A DNA stretch of 64,000 nucleotides from Macrostomum hystrix (taxonomy: Eukaryota; Animalia; Platyhelminthes): the NCBI GenBank assembly GCA_950097015.1, contig CATNEN010000038.1, forward strand, positions 31,744,001-31,808,000, read 5' to 3'. Of this stretch, positions 35,601 to 49,359 are shown piece by piece (the first letter of the stretch is position 1; every line of letters starts with the position of its first letter). A program made the translations under genes and the position numbers. The notes under the pieces are model-generated. The model worked only from the letters and a program-made list of their open reading frames with translations, was not told the origin of the DNA and did no database searches.

Positions 35601-38600
35601 CATGGCTAAAATAGAGTCTGAATCATGGCTAAACCAGAGTCTGAATCATGGCTAAACTAGAGTCTGAATCATGGCTAAACCAGAGTCTGAATCATGGCTA
35701 AACCAGAGTCTGAATCATGGCTAAACTAGAGTCTGAATCATGGCTAAACCAGCGTCTGAATCATGGCTAAACCAGAGTCTGAATCATGGCTTAACCAGAG
35801 TCTGAATCATGGCTAAACCAGAGTCTGAATCATGGCTAAACCAGAGTCTGAATCATGGCAAAACTGGAGTCTGAATCATGGCTAAACTAGAGTCTGAATC
35901 ATGGCTAAACCAGAGTCTGAATCATGGCTAAACTAGAGTCTGAATCATGGCTAAACCAGCGTCTGAATCATGGCTAAACCAGAGTCTGAATCATGGCTTA
36001 ACCAGAGTCTGAATCATGGCTAAACCAGAGTCTGAATCATGGCTAAACCAGAGTCTGAATCATGGCAAAACTGGAGTCTGAATCATGGCTAAACCAGAGT
36101 CTGAATCATGGCAAAACCAGAGTCTGAATCATGGCTAAACCATAGTCTGAATCATGGCTAAAATAGAGTCTGAATCATGGCTAAACCAGAGTCTGAATCA
36201 TGGCTTAACCAGAGTTTGAATCATGGCTAAACCAGAGTCTGAATCATGGCTAAACCAGAGTCTGAATCATGGCTAAACCAGAGTCTGAATCATGGCTAAA
36301 CCAGCGTCTGAATCATGGCTAAACCAGAGTCTGAATCATGGCAAAACTGGAGTCTGAATCATGGCTAAACCATAGTCTGAATCATGGCTAAAATAGAGTC
36401 TGAATCATGGCTAAACCAGAGTCTGAATCATGGCTTAACCAGAGTTTGAATCATGGCTAAACCAGAGTTTCAATCATGGCTAAACCAGCGTCTGAATCAT
36501 GGCTAAACCAGCGTCTGAATCATGGCTAAACCAGAGTTTGAATCATGGCTAAACCAGAGTTTGAATCATGGCTTAACCAGAGTCTGAATCATGGCTAAAC
36601 CAGCGTCTGAATCATGGCTAAAGCAGAGTTTGAATCATGGCTAAACCAGAGTCTGAATCATGGCTTAACCAGAGTCTGAATCATGGCTAAACCAGAGTCT
36701 GAATCATGGCTAAACCAGAGTCTGAATCATGGCTAAACCAGCGTCTGAATCATGGCTAAACCAGAGTTTGAATCATGGCTAAACCAGAGTTTGAATCATG
36801 GCTTAACCAGAGTCTGAATCATGGCTAAACCAGCGTCTGAATCATGGCTAAAGCAGAGTTTGAATCATGGCTAAACCAGAGTTTGAATCATGGCTTAACC
36901 AGAGTTTGAATCATGGCTAAACCAGAGTCTGAATCATGGCTTAACCAGAATTTAAATCATGGCTAAACCAGCGTCTGAATCATGGCTTAACCAGAGTCTG
37001 AATCATGGCTAAACCAGAGTCTGAATCATGGCTAAACCAGAGTCTGAATCATGGCAAAACTGGAGTCTGAATCATGGCTAAACCATAGTCTGAATCATGG
37101 CTAAAATAGAGTCTGAATCATGGCTAAACCAGAGTCTGAATCATGGCTAAACTAGAGTCTGAATCATGGCTAAACCAGAGTCTGAATCATGGCTAAACTA
37201 GAGTCTGAATCATGGCTAAACCGGCGTCTGAATCATGGCTAAACCAGAGTCTGAATCATGGCTAAACCAGAGTCTGAATCATGGCTTAACCAGAGTCTGA
37301 ATCATGGCTAAACCAGAGTCTGAATCATGGCTAAACCAGAGTCTGAATCATGGCTTAACCAGAGTCTGAATCATGGCTAAACCAGAGTCTGAATCATGGC
37401 TAAACCAGAGTCTGAATCATGGCAAAACTGGAGTCTGAATCATGGATAAACCATAGTCTGAATCATGGCTAAAATAGAGTCTGAATCATGGCTAAACCAG
37501 AGTCTGAATCATGGCTTAACCAGAGTTTGAATCATGGCTAAACCAGAGTCTGAATCATGGCTAAACCAGAGTCTGAATCATGGCTAAACCAGAGTCTGAA
37601 TCATGGCTAAACCAGCGTCTGAATCATGGCTAAACCAGAGTTTGAATCATGGCTAAACCAGAGTTTGAATCATGGCTTAACCAGAGTCTGAATCATGGCT
37701 AAACCAGCGTCTGAATCATGGCTAAAGCAGAGTTTGAATCATGGCTAAACCAGAGTTTGAATCATGGCTTAACCAGAGTTTGAATCATGGCTAAACCAGA
37801 GTCTGAATCATGGCTTAACCAGAGTCTGAATCATGGCTAAACCAGAGTCTGAATCATGGCAAAACTGGAGTCTGAATCATGGCTAAACCATAGTCTGAAT
37901 CATGGCTAAAATAGAGTCTGAATCATGGCTAAACCAGAGTCTGAATCATGGCTAAACTAGAGTCTGAATCATGGCTAAACCAGAGTCTGAATCATGGCTA
38001 AACCAGAGTCTGAATCATGGCTAAACTAGAGTCTGAATCATGGCTAAACCAGCGTCTGAATCATGGCTAAACCAGAGTCTGAATCATGGCTTAACCAGAG
38101 TCTGAATCATGGCTAAACCAGAGTCTGAATCATGGCTAAACCAGAGTCTGAATCATGGCAAAACTGGAGTCTGAATCATGGCTAAACTAGAGTCTGAATC
38201 ATGGCTAAACCAGAGTCTGAATCATGGCTAAACTAGAGTCTGAATCATGGCTAAACCAGAGTCTGAATCATGGCTAAACCAGAGTCTGAATCATGGCTTA
38301 ACCAGAGTCTGAATCATGGCTAAACCAGAGTCTGAATCATGGCTAAACCAGAGTCTGAATCATGGCAAAACTGGAGTCTGAATCATGGCTAAACCATAGT
38401 CTGAATCATGGCTAAAATAGAGTCTGAATCATGGCTAAACCAGCGTCTGAATCATGGCTAAACCAGAGTCTGAATCATGGCAAAACTGGAGTCTGAATCA
38501 TGGCTAAACCATAGTCTGAATCATGGCTAAAATAGAGTCTGAATCATGGCTAAACCAGAGTCTGAATCATGGCTTAACCAGAGTTTGAATCATGGCTAAA

Positions 38601-41600
38601 CCAGAGTTTCAATCATGGCTAAACCAGCGTCTGAATCATGGCTAAACCAGCGTCTGAATCATGGCTAAACCAGAGTTTGAATCATGGCTAAACCAGAGTT
38701 TGAATCATGGCTTAACCAGAGTCTGAATCATGGCTAAACCAGCGTCTGAATCATGGCTAAAGCAGAGTTTGAATCATGGCTAAACCAGAGTCTGAATCAT
38801 GGCTTAACCAGAGTCTGAATCATGGCTAAACCAGAGTCTGAATCATGGCTAAACCAGAGTCTGAATCATGGCTAAACCAGCGTCTGAATCATGGCTAAAC
38901 CAGAGTTTGAATCATGGCTAAACCAGAGTTTGAATCATGGCTTAACCAGAGTCTGAATCATGGCTAAACCAGCGTCTGAATCATGGCTAAAGCAGAGTTT
39001 GAATCATGGCTAAACCAGAGTTTGAATCATGGCTTAACCAGAGTTTGAATCATGGTTAAACCAGAGTCTGAATTATGGCTTAACCAGAATTTAAATCATG
39101 GCTAAACCAGCGTCTGAATCATGGCTAAACCAGAGTCTGAATCATGGCAAAACTGGAGTCTGAATCATGGCTAAACCATAGTCTGAATCATGGCTAAAAT
39201 AGAGTCTGAATCATGGCTAAACCAGAGTCTGAATCATGGCTAAACTAGAGTCTGAATCATGGCTAAACCAGAGTCTGAATCATGGCAAAACTGGAGTCTG
39301 AATCATGGCTAAACCATAGTCTGAATCATGGCTAAAATAGAGTCTGAATCATGGCTAAACCAGAGTCTGAATCATGGCTTAACCAGAGTTTGAATCATGG
39401 CTAAACCAGAGTCTGAATCATGGCTAAACCAGAGTCTGAATCATGGCTAAACCAGAGTCTGAATCATGGCTAAACCAGCGTCTGAATCATGGCTAAACCA
39501 GAGTCTGAATCATGGCAAAACTGGAGTCTGAATCATGGCTAAACCATAGTCTGAATCATGGCTAAAATAGAGTCTGAATCATGGCTAAACCAGAGTCTGA
39601 ATCATGGCTTAACCAGAGTTTGAATCATGGCTAAACCAGAGTTTCAATCATGGCTAAACCAGCGTCTGAATCATGGCTAAACCAGCGTCTGAATCATGGC
39701 TAAACCAGAGTTTGAATCATGGCTAAACCAGAGTTTGAATCATGGCTTAACCAGAGTCTGAATCATGGCTAAACCAGCGTCTGAATCATGGCTAAAGCAG
39801 AGTTTGAATCATGGCTAAACCAGAGTCTGAATCATGGCTTAACCAGAGTCTGAATCATGGCTAAACCAGAGTCTGAATCATGGCTAAACCAGAGTCTGAA
39901 TCATGGCTAAACCAGCGTCTGAATCATGGCTAAACCAGAGTTTGAATCATGGCTAAACCAGAGTTTGAATCATGGCTTAACCAGAGTCTGAATCATGGCT
40001 AAACCAGCGTCTGAATCATGGCTAAAGCAGAGTTTGAATCATGGCTAAACCAGAGTTTGAATCATGGCTTAACCAGAGTTTGAATCATGGCTAAACCAGA
40101 GTCTGAATCATGGCTTAACCAGAATTTAAATCATGGCTAAACCAGCGTCTGAATCATGGCTTAACCAGAGTCTGAATCATGGCTAAACCAGAGTCTGAAT
40201 CATGGCTAAACCAGAGTCTGAATCATGGCAAAACTGGAGTCTGAATCATGGCTAAACCATAGTCTGAATCATGGCTAAAATAGAGTCTGAATCATGGCTA
40301 AACCAGAGTCTGAATCATGGCTAAACTAGAGTCTGAATCATGGCTAAACCAGAGTCTGAATCATGGCTAAACTAGAGTCTGAATCATGGCTAAACCAGCG
40401 TCTGAATCATGGCTAAACCAGAGTCTGAATCATGGCTAAACCAGAGTCTGAATCATGGCTTAACCAGAGTCTGAATCATGGCTAAACCAGAGTCTGAATC
40501 ATGGCTAAACCAGAGTCTGAATCATGGCTTAACCAGAGTCTGAATCATGGCTAAACCAGAGTCTGAATCATGGCTAAACCAGAGTCTGAATCATGGCAAA
40601 ACTGGAGTCTGAATCATGGCTAAACCATAGTCTGAATCATGGCTAAAATAGAGTCTGAATCATGGCTAAACCAGAGTCTGAATCATGGCTTAACCAGAGT
40701 TTGAATCATGGCTAAACCAGAGTCTGAATCATGGCTAAACCAGAGTCTGAATCATGGCTAAACCAGAGTCTGAATCATGGCTAAACCAGCGTCTGAATCA
40801 TGGCTAAACCAGAGTTTGAATCATGGCTAAACCAGAGTTTGAATCATGGCTTAACCAGAGTCTGAATCATGGCTAAACCAGCGTCTGAATCATGGCTAAA
40901 GCAGAGTTTGAATCATGGCTAAACCAGAGTTTGAATCATGGCTTAACCAGAGTTTGAATCATGGCTAAACCAGAGTCTGAATCATGGCTTAACCAGAGTC
41001 TGAATCATGGCTAAACCAGAGTCTGAATCATGGCAAAACTGGAGTCTGAATCATGGCTAAACCATAGTCTGAATCATGGCTAAAATAGAGTCTGAATCAT
41101 GGCTAAACCAGAGTCTGAATCATGGCTAAACTAGAGTCTGAATCATGGCTAAACCAGAGTCTGAATCATGGCTAAACCAGAGTCTGAATCATGGCTAAAC
41201 TAGAGTCTGAATCATGGCTAAACCAGCGTCTGAATCATGGCTAAACCAGAGTCTGAATCATGGCTTAACCAGAGTCTGAATCATGGCTAAACCAGAGTCT
41301 GAATCATGGCTAAACCAGAGTCTGAATCATGGCAAAACTGGAGTCTGAATCATGGCTAAACTAGAGTCTGAATCATGGCTAAACCAGAGTCTGAATCATG
41401 GCTAAACTAGAGTCTGAATCATGGCTAAACCAGCGTCTGAATCATGGCTAAACCAGAGTCTGAATCATGGCTTAACCAGAGTCTGAATCATGGCTAAACC
41501 AGAGTCTGAATCATGGCTAAACCAGAGTCTGAATCATGGCAAAACTGGAGTCTGAATCATGGCTAAACCATAGTCTGAATCATGGCTAAAATAGAGTCTG

Positions 41601-44600
41601 AATCATGGCTAAACCAGCGTCTGAATCATGGCTAAACCAGAGTCTGAATCATGGCAAAACTGGAGTCTGAATCATGGCTAAACCATAGTCTGAATCATGG
41701 CTAAAATAGAGTCTGAATCATGGCTAAACCAGAGTCTGAATCATGGCTTAACCAGAGTTTGAATCATGGCTAAACCAGAGTTTCAATCATGGCTAAACCA
41801 GCGTCTGAATCATGGCTAAACCAGCGTCTGAATCATGGCTAAACCAGAGTTTGAATCATGGCTAAACCAGAGTTTGAATCATGGCTTAACCAGAGTTTGA
41901 ATCATGGCTAAACCAGAGTCTGAATCATGGCTAAACCAGAGTCTGAATCATGGCTAAACCAGAGTCTGAATCATGGCTAAACCAGCGTCTGAATCATGGC
42001 TAAACCAGAGTCTGAATCATGGCTAAACTGGAGTCTGAATCATGGCTAAACCATAGTCTGAATCATGGCTAAAATAGAGTCTGAATCATGGCTAAACCAG
42101 AGTCTGAATCATGGCTTAACCAGAGTTTGAATCATGGCTAAACCAGAGTTTCAATCATGGCTAAACCAGCGTCTGAATCATGGCTAAACCAGCGTCTGAA
42201 TCATGGCTAAACCAGAGTTTGAATCATGGCTAAACCAGAGTTTGAATCATGGCTTAACCAGAGTCTGAATCATGGCTAAACCAGCGTCTGAATCATGGCT
42301 AAAGCAGAGTTTGAATCATGGCTAAACCAGAGTCTGAATCATGGCTTAACCAGAGTCTGAATCATGGCTAAACCAGAGTCTGAATCATGGCTAAACCAGA
42401 GTCTGAATCATGGCTAAACCAGCGTCTGAATCATGGCTAAACCAGAGTTTGAATCATGGCTAAACCAGAGTTTGAATCATGGCTTAACCAGAGTCTGAAT
42501 CATGGCTAAACCAGCGTCTGAATCATGGCTAAAGCAGAGTTTGAATCATGGCTAAACCAGAGTTTGAATCATGGCTTAACCAGAGTTTGAATCATGGCTA
42601 AACCAGAGTCTGAATCATGGCTTAACCAGAATTTAAATCATGGCTAAACCAGCGTCTGAATCATGGCTTAACCAGAGTCTGAATCATGGCTAAACCAGAG
42701 TCTGAATCATGGCTAAACCAGAGTCTGAATCATGGCAAAACTGGAGTCTGAATCATGGCTAAACCATAGTCTGAATCATGGCTAAAATAGAGTCTGAATC
42801 ATGGCTAAACCAGAGTCTGAATCATGGCTAAACTAGAGTCTGAATCATGGCTAAACCAGAGTCTGAATCATGGCTAAACTAGAGTCTGAATCATGGCTAA
42901 ACCAGCGTCTGAATCATGGCTAAACCAGAGTCTGAATCATGGCTAAACCAGAGTCTGAATCATGGCTTAACCAGAGTCTGAATCATGGCTAAACCAGAGT
43001 CTGAATCATGGCTAAACCAGAGTCTGAATCATGGCTTAACCAGAGTCTGAATCATGGCTAAACCAGAGTCTGAATCATGGCTAAACCAGAGTCTGAATCA
43101 TGGCAAAACTGGAGTCTGAATCATGGCTAAACCATAGTCTGAATCATGGCTAAAATAGAGTCTGAATCATGGCTAAACCAGAGTCTGAATCATGGCTTAA
43201 CCAGAGTTTGAATCATGGCTAAACCAGAGTCTGAATCATGGCTAAACCAGAGTCTGAATCATGGCTAAACCAGAGTCTGAATCATGGCTAAACCAGCGTC
43301 TGAATCATGGCTAAACCAGAGTTTGAATCATGGCTAAACCAGAGTTTGAATCATGGCTTAACCAGAGTCTGAATCATGGCTAAACCAGCGTCTGAATCAT
43401 GGCTAAAGCAGAGTTTGAATCATGGCTAAACCAGAGTTTGAATCATGGCTTAACCAGAGTTTGAATCATGGCTAAACCAGAGTCTGAATCATGGCTTAAC
43501 CAGAGTCTGAATCATGGCTAAACCAGAGTCTGAATCATGGCAAAACTGGAGTCTGAATCATGGCTAAACCATAGTCTGAATCATGGCTAAAATAGAGTCT
43601 GAATCATGGCTAAACCAGAGTCTGAATCATGGCTAAACTAGAGTCTGAATCATGGCTAAACCAGAGTCTGAATCATGGCTAAACCAGAGTCTGAATCATG
43701 GCTAAACTAGAGTCTGAATCATGGCTAAACCAGCGTCTGAATCATGGCTAAACCAGAGTCTGAATCATGGCTTAACCAGAGTCTGAATCATGGCTAAACC
43801 AGAGTCTGAATCATGGCTAAACCAGAGTCTGAATCATGGCAAAACTGGAGTCTGAATCATGGCTAAACTAGAGTCTGAATCATGGCTAAACCAGAGTCTG
43901 AATCATGGCTAAACTAGAGTCTGAATCATGGCTAAACCAGCGTCTGAATCATGGCTAAACCAGAGTCTGAATCATGGCTTAACCAGAGTCTGAATCATGG
44001 CTAAACCAGAGTCTGAATCATGGCTAAACCAGAGTCTGAATCATGGCAAAACTGGAGTCTGAATCATGGCTAAACCATAGTCTGAATCATGGCTAAAATA
44101 GAGTCTGAATCATGGCTAAACCAGCGTCTGAATCATGGCTAAACCAGAGTCTGAATCATGGCAAAACTGGAGTCTGAATCATGGCTAAACCATAGTCTGA
44201 ATCATGGCTAAAATAGAGTCTGAATCATGGCTAAACCAGAGTCTGAATCATGGCTTAACCAGAGTTTGAATCATGGCTAAACCAGAGTTTCAATCATGGC
44301 TAAACCAGCGTCTGAATCATGGCTAAACCAGCGTCTGAATCATGGCTAAACCAGAGTTTGAATCATGGCTAAACCAGAGTTTGAATCATGGCTTAACCAG
44401 AGTCTGAATCATGGCTAAACCAGCGTCTGAATCATGGCTAAAGCAGAGTTTGAATCATGGCTAAACCAGAGTCTGAATCATGGCTTAACCAGAGTCTGAA
44501 TCATGGCTAAACCAGAGTCTGAATCATGGCTAAACCAGAGTCTGAATCATGGCTAAACCAGCGTCTGAATCATGGCTAAACCAGAGTTTGAATCATGGCT

Positions 44601-46765
44601 AAACCAGAGTTTGAATCATGGCTTAACCAGAGTCTGAATCATGGCTAAACCAGCGTCTGAATCATGGCTAAAGCAGAGTTTGAATCATGGCTAAACCAGA
44701 GTTTGAATCATGGCTTAACCAGAGTTTGAATCATGGCTAAACCAGAGTCTGAATTATGGCTTAACCAGAATTTAAATCATGGCTAAACCAGCGTCTGAAT
44801 CATGGCTAAACCAGAGTCTGAATCATGGCAAAACTGGAGTCTGAATCATGGCTAAACCATAGTCTGAATCATGGCTAAAATAGAGTCTGAATCATGGCTA
44901 AACCAGAGTCTGAATCATGGCTAAACTAGAGTCTGAATCATGGCTAAACCAGAGTCTGAATCATGGCTAAACTAGAGTCTGAATCATGGCTAAACCAGCG
45001 TCTGAATCATGGCTAAACCAGAGTCTGAATCATGGCTAAACCAGAGTCTGAATCATGGCTTAACCAGAGTCTGAATCATGGCTAAACCAGAGTCTGAATC
45101 ATGGCTAAACCAGAGTCTGAATCATGGCTTAACCAGAGTCTGAATCATGGCTAAACCAGAGTCTGAATCATGGCTAAACCAGAGTCTGAATCATGGCAAA
45201 ACTGGAGTCTGAATCATGGCTAAACCATAGTCTGAATCATGGCTAAAATAGAGTCTGAATCATGGCTAAACCAGAGTCTGAATCATGGCTTAACCAGAGT
45301 TTGAATCATGGCTAAACCAGAGTCTGAATCATGGCTAAACCAGAGTCTGAATCATGGCTAAACCAGAGTCTGAATCATGGCTAAACCAGCGTCTGAATCA
45401 TGGCTAAACCAGAGTTTGAATCATGGCTAAACCAGAGTTTGAATCATGGCTTAACCAGAGTCTGAATCATGGCTAAACCAGCGTCTGAATCATGGCTAAA
45501 GCAGAGTTTGAATCATGGCTAAACCAGAGTTTGAATCATGGCTTAACCAGAGTTTGAATCATGGCTAAACCAGAGTCTGAATCATGGCTTAACCAGAGTC
45601 TGAATCATGGCTAAACCAGAGTCTGAATCATGGCAAAACTGGAGTCTGAATCATGGCTAAACCATAGTCTGAATCATGGCTAAAATAGAGTCTGAATCAT
45701 GGCTAAACCAGAGTCTGAATCATGGCTAAACTAGAGTCTGAATCATGGCTAAACCAGAGTCTGAATCATGGCTAAACCAGAGTCTGAATCATGGCTAAAC
45801 TAGAGTCTGAATCATGGCTAAACCAGCGTCTGAATCATGGCTAAACCAGAGTCTGAATCATGGCTTAACCAGAGTCTGAATCATGGCTAAACCAGAGTCT
45901 GAATCATGGCTAAACCAGAGTCTGAATCATGGCAAAACTGGAGTCTGAATCATGGCTAAACTAGAGTCTGAATCATGGCTAAACCAGAGTCTGAATCATA
46001 GCTAAACTAGAGTCTGAATCATGGCTAAACCAGCGTCTGAATCATGGCTAAACCAGAGTCTGAATCATGGCTTAACCAGAGTCTGAATCATGGCTAAACC
46101 AGAGTCTGAATCATGGCTAAACCAGAGTCTGAATCATGGCAAAACTGGAGTCTGAATCATGGCTAAACCATAGTCTGAATCATGGCTAAAATGGAGTCTG
46201 AATCATGGCTAAACCAGAGTCTGAATCATGGCTAAACTAGAGTCTGAATCATGGCTAAACCAGAGTCTGAATCATGGCTTAACCATAGTCTGAATCATGG
46301 CTAAACCAGAGTCTGAATCATGGCTAAACCAGAGTCTGAATCATGGCAAAACTGGAGTCTGAATCATGGCTAAACCATAGTCTGAATCATGGCTAAAATA
46401 GAGTCTGAATCATGGCTAAACCAGAGTCTGAATCATGGCTAAACTAGAGTCTGAATCATGGCTAAACCAGAGTCTGAATCATGGCTAAACTAGAGTCTGA
46501 ATCATGGCTAAACCAGAGTCTGAATCATGGCTAAACTAGAGTCTGAATCATGGCTAAACCAGAGTTTGAATCATGGCTAAACCAGAGTTTCAATCATGGC
46601 TAAACCAGCGTCTGAATCATGGCTAAACCAGCGTCTGAATCATGGCTAAACCAGAGTTTGAATCATAGCCAACCAGAGTCTGAATCATGGCAAAACGAGA
46701 GTTTGAATCATAGCCCACCAGGGTTTAAAACATGGCGAAACCTGAGTTTGAATCTTGGCTAACCT
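26650..46765. repeat. 23-bp satellite (GAATCATGGCTAAACCAGAGTCT)n, about 875 units, with higher-order repeats
   Basis: Uninterrupted array; marker variants recur at exact multiples of 23. Confidence 0.98.
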
Positions 46766-46776
46766 GTTTGAAAAAT

Positions 46777-48648
46777 CAACGTCAACTGGGGAGTCATCAT
46801 CAAAATGGGGATCATGGTGAACTGGGGGATCATGGTAAACTGGGGGATAATTGTCGACTGGGGGATCAATGTCAACCGGGGGATCATTGTCAACTGGGGG
46901 ATCATTGTCAACTGGGGGATCATTGTCAAATGGGGGATCATTGTCAACTGGGGGATCTTTGTCAACTGGGGGTTCATTGTCAACTGGGGGTTCATTGTCA
47001 ACTGGGGGATCATTGTGAACTGAGAGATCATTGTCAAGTGGGGGGTAATGGTCAACTGGGGGATAATTGTCAACTGGGGAATCATCATCAACTGGGGATC
47101 ATCATCAACTGGGGGATCATTGAGAACTGGGGGATCTTTGTCAACTGGGGGATCATTGTATACTGTGGGATCATTGTCAACTGGGGGATCATTGTCAACT
47201 GGGGGATCATTGTCAACTGGGGGATCGTTGTCAACTGGGGGTTCATTGTCAACTGGGGGATCATTGTCAACTGGGATATCATTGTCAACTGGGGGATCAT
47301 CATCAACTGGGGGATCATTGTCAACTGGGGGTTCATTGTCAACTGTGGGATCGTTGTCAACCGGCGGGATCATTGTCAACTGGGGGATCATTGTCAACTG
47401 GGGGATCATTGTCAACTGGGGGATCATTGTCAACTGGGGGATCATCATCAACTGGGGGATCATTGTCAACTGGGGGAACATTGTCAACTGGAGGAACATT
47501 GTTAACTAGGGATCATCATCAATGGGGAGACTTCATCAACTGGGGGATCATTGTGAACTGGGGGATCTTTGTTAACTGGGGGATCATTGTCAACTGGGGG
47601 ATCATTCTCAACTGGGGGATCATTGTCAACTGGGGGATCATTTTCAACTGGGGGATCATCATTAACTGGGGGATCATTGTCAACTGGGGGATCATTGTCA
47701 ACTGGGGGATCATTGTCAACTGGGGGATCATTGTCAACTGGGGGATCATTGTCAACTGGGTGATCATCATCAACTGGGGGATCATTGTTAACTGGGGGAA
47801 CATTGTCAAATGGAGGAACATTGTTAACTGGGGATCATCATCAATGGGGAGACTTCATCAACTGGGGGATCATTGTGAACTGGGGGATCTTTGTTAACTG
47901 GGGGATCATTGTCAACTGGGGGATCATTGTCAAATGGGGGATCATTGTCAACTGGGGGATCATTTTCAACTGGGGGATCATTGTCAACTGGGTGATCATC
48001 ATCAACTGGGGGATCATTGTCAACTGGGGGAACATTGTCAAATGGAAGAACATTGTTAACTGGGGATCATCATCAATGGGGAGACTTCATCAACTGGGGG
48101 ATCATTGTGAACTGGGGGATCTTTGTTAACTGGGGGATCATTGTCAACTGGGGGATCATTGTCAACTGGGGGATCATTGTCAACTGGGGGATCATTTTCA
48201 ACTGGGGGATCATCATCAACTGGGGGATCATCATCAACTGGGTGATCATTGTGAACTGGGGGATCTTTGTCAACTGGGGGATCATTGTCAACTGTGGGAT
48301 CATTGTCAACTGGGGGATCATTGTCAAATGGGGGATCATTGTCAACTGTGGGATCGTTGTCAACTGCGGGTTCATTGTCAACTGGGGGTTCATTGTCAAC
48401 TGGGGGATCATCATCAACTGGGGGATCATCATCAACTGGGTGATCATTGTGAACTGGGTGATCTTTGTCAACTGGGGGATCATTGTTAACTGTGGGATCA
48501 TTGTCAACTGGGGGATCATTGTCAAATGGGGGATCATTGTCAACTGTGGGATCGTTGTCAACTGGGGGTTCATTGTCAACTGGGGGTTCATTGTCAACTG
48601 GGGGATCATTGTCAACTGGGGGATCATTGTCAACTGGGGGTTCATTGT
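46777..48648. repeat. 18-bp satellite (TGGGGGATCATTGTCAAC)n, about 100 units
   Basis: Direct tandem array abutting the 23-mer array. Confidence 0.97.
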
Positions 48649-48769
48649 AGCTTTAAAAAGCTGTAAATTCAGCTGCTAAAAAGTATATACTAGACGAATT
48701 AAAAGTATTTCTGCTCCCCGAAGGGGGGCAAAACTTGCTAGTCCACTATACTAAAAATGAAATGCTTGG

Positions 48770-48801
<32 letters not shown>

Positions 48802-49359
48802 AATTGATTTTCTCCCGAACGGCTCAACCGATTTTCACCATTTCTTCACCAAAAGATGCCAAATATGGGGACAATTTTACACGTATTTTTATTAAGCTTA
48901 ACTTTATTGCTAAGTGGATTAAATATTCGAAAAACATGTTTTTTGACCATTTCAAAGGTCAAACTATCTTGGCCTATTGAGAATTTCATTCACTGACTGC
49001 CACTGAATTGGAATTGCATCGTCAAATTGCGCAACAACCCCTAGCTGATTGAATTTAAAGCCTGCACTCTGGAGACAAATTGGAAATAAATGTACACAAC
49101 CAACCGCGAGACTGAGTGTACTCTATTTTCTTACTTCATTGTACAAAGCCAGAACTTTGAGAATTCATTTTATAAGGCTGATTTCTGCACCCACTAACCA
49201 ACAGTCGGAATAGCCGATGTGTTAGGCACTAGGAATAAGTTAGGCTAGGCTAGGGTTCGATTCTGCACTGCGTCAAATCATTTAGACTAATTTTCAGCCA
49301 GTAGTGATTGAAGATTATTTTGATTTATTTTTTTCATTACGTAAATAAAATATCATAAA

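Larger units (their letters stand above)
26059..48741 (+). mobile_element. Non-autonomous Helitron-like element, copy 1 (22.7 kb, satellite-inflated)
   Basis: 5' A|TCCACTATACTA; (GTTG/GCTT)n microsatellite followed by ACGGCTCAACCGATTTT; 3' GC-rich hairpin GCTCCCC-GAA-GGGGGGC (48713-48729), then CTAG (48738-48741). No TSD and no Rep/Helicase ORF. Confidence 0.85.
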
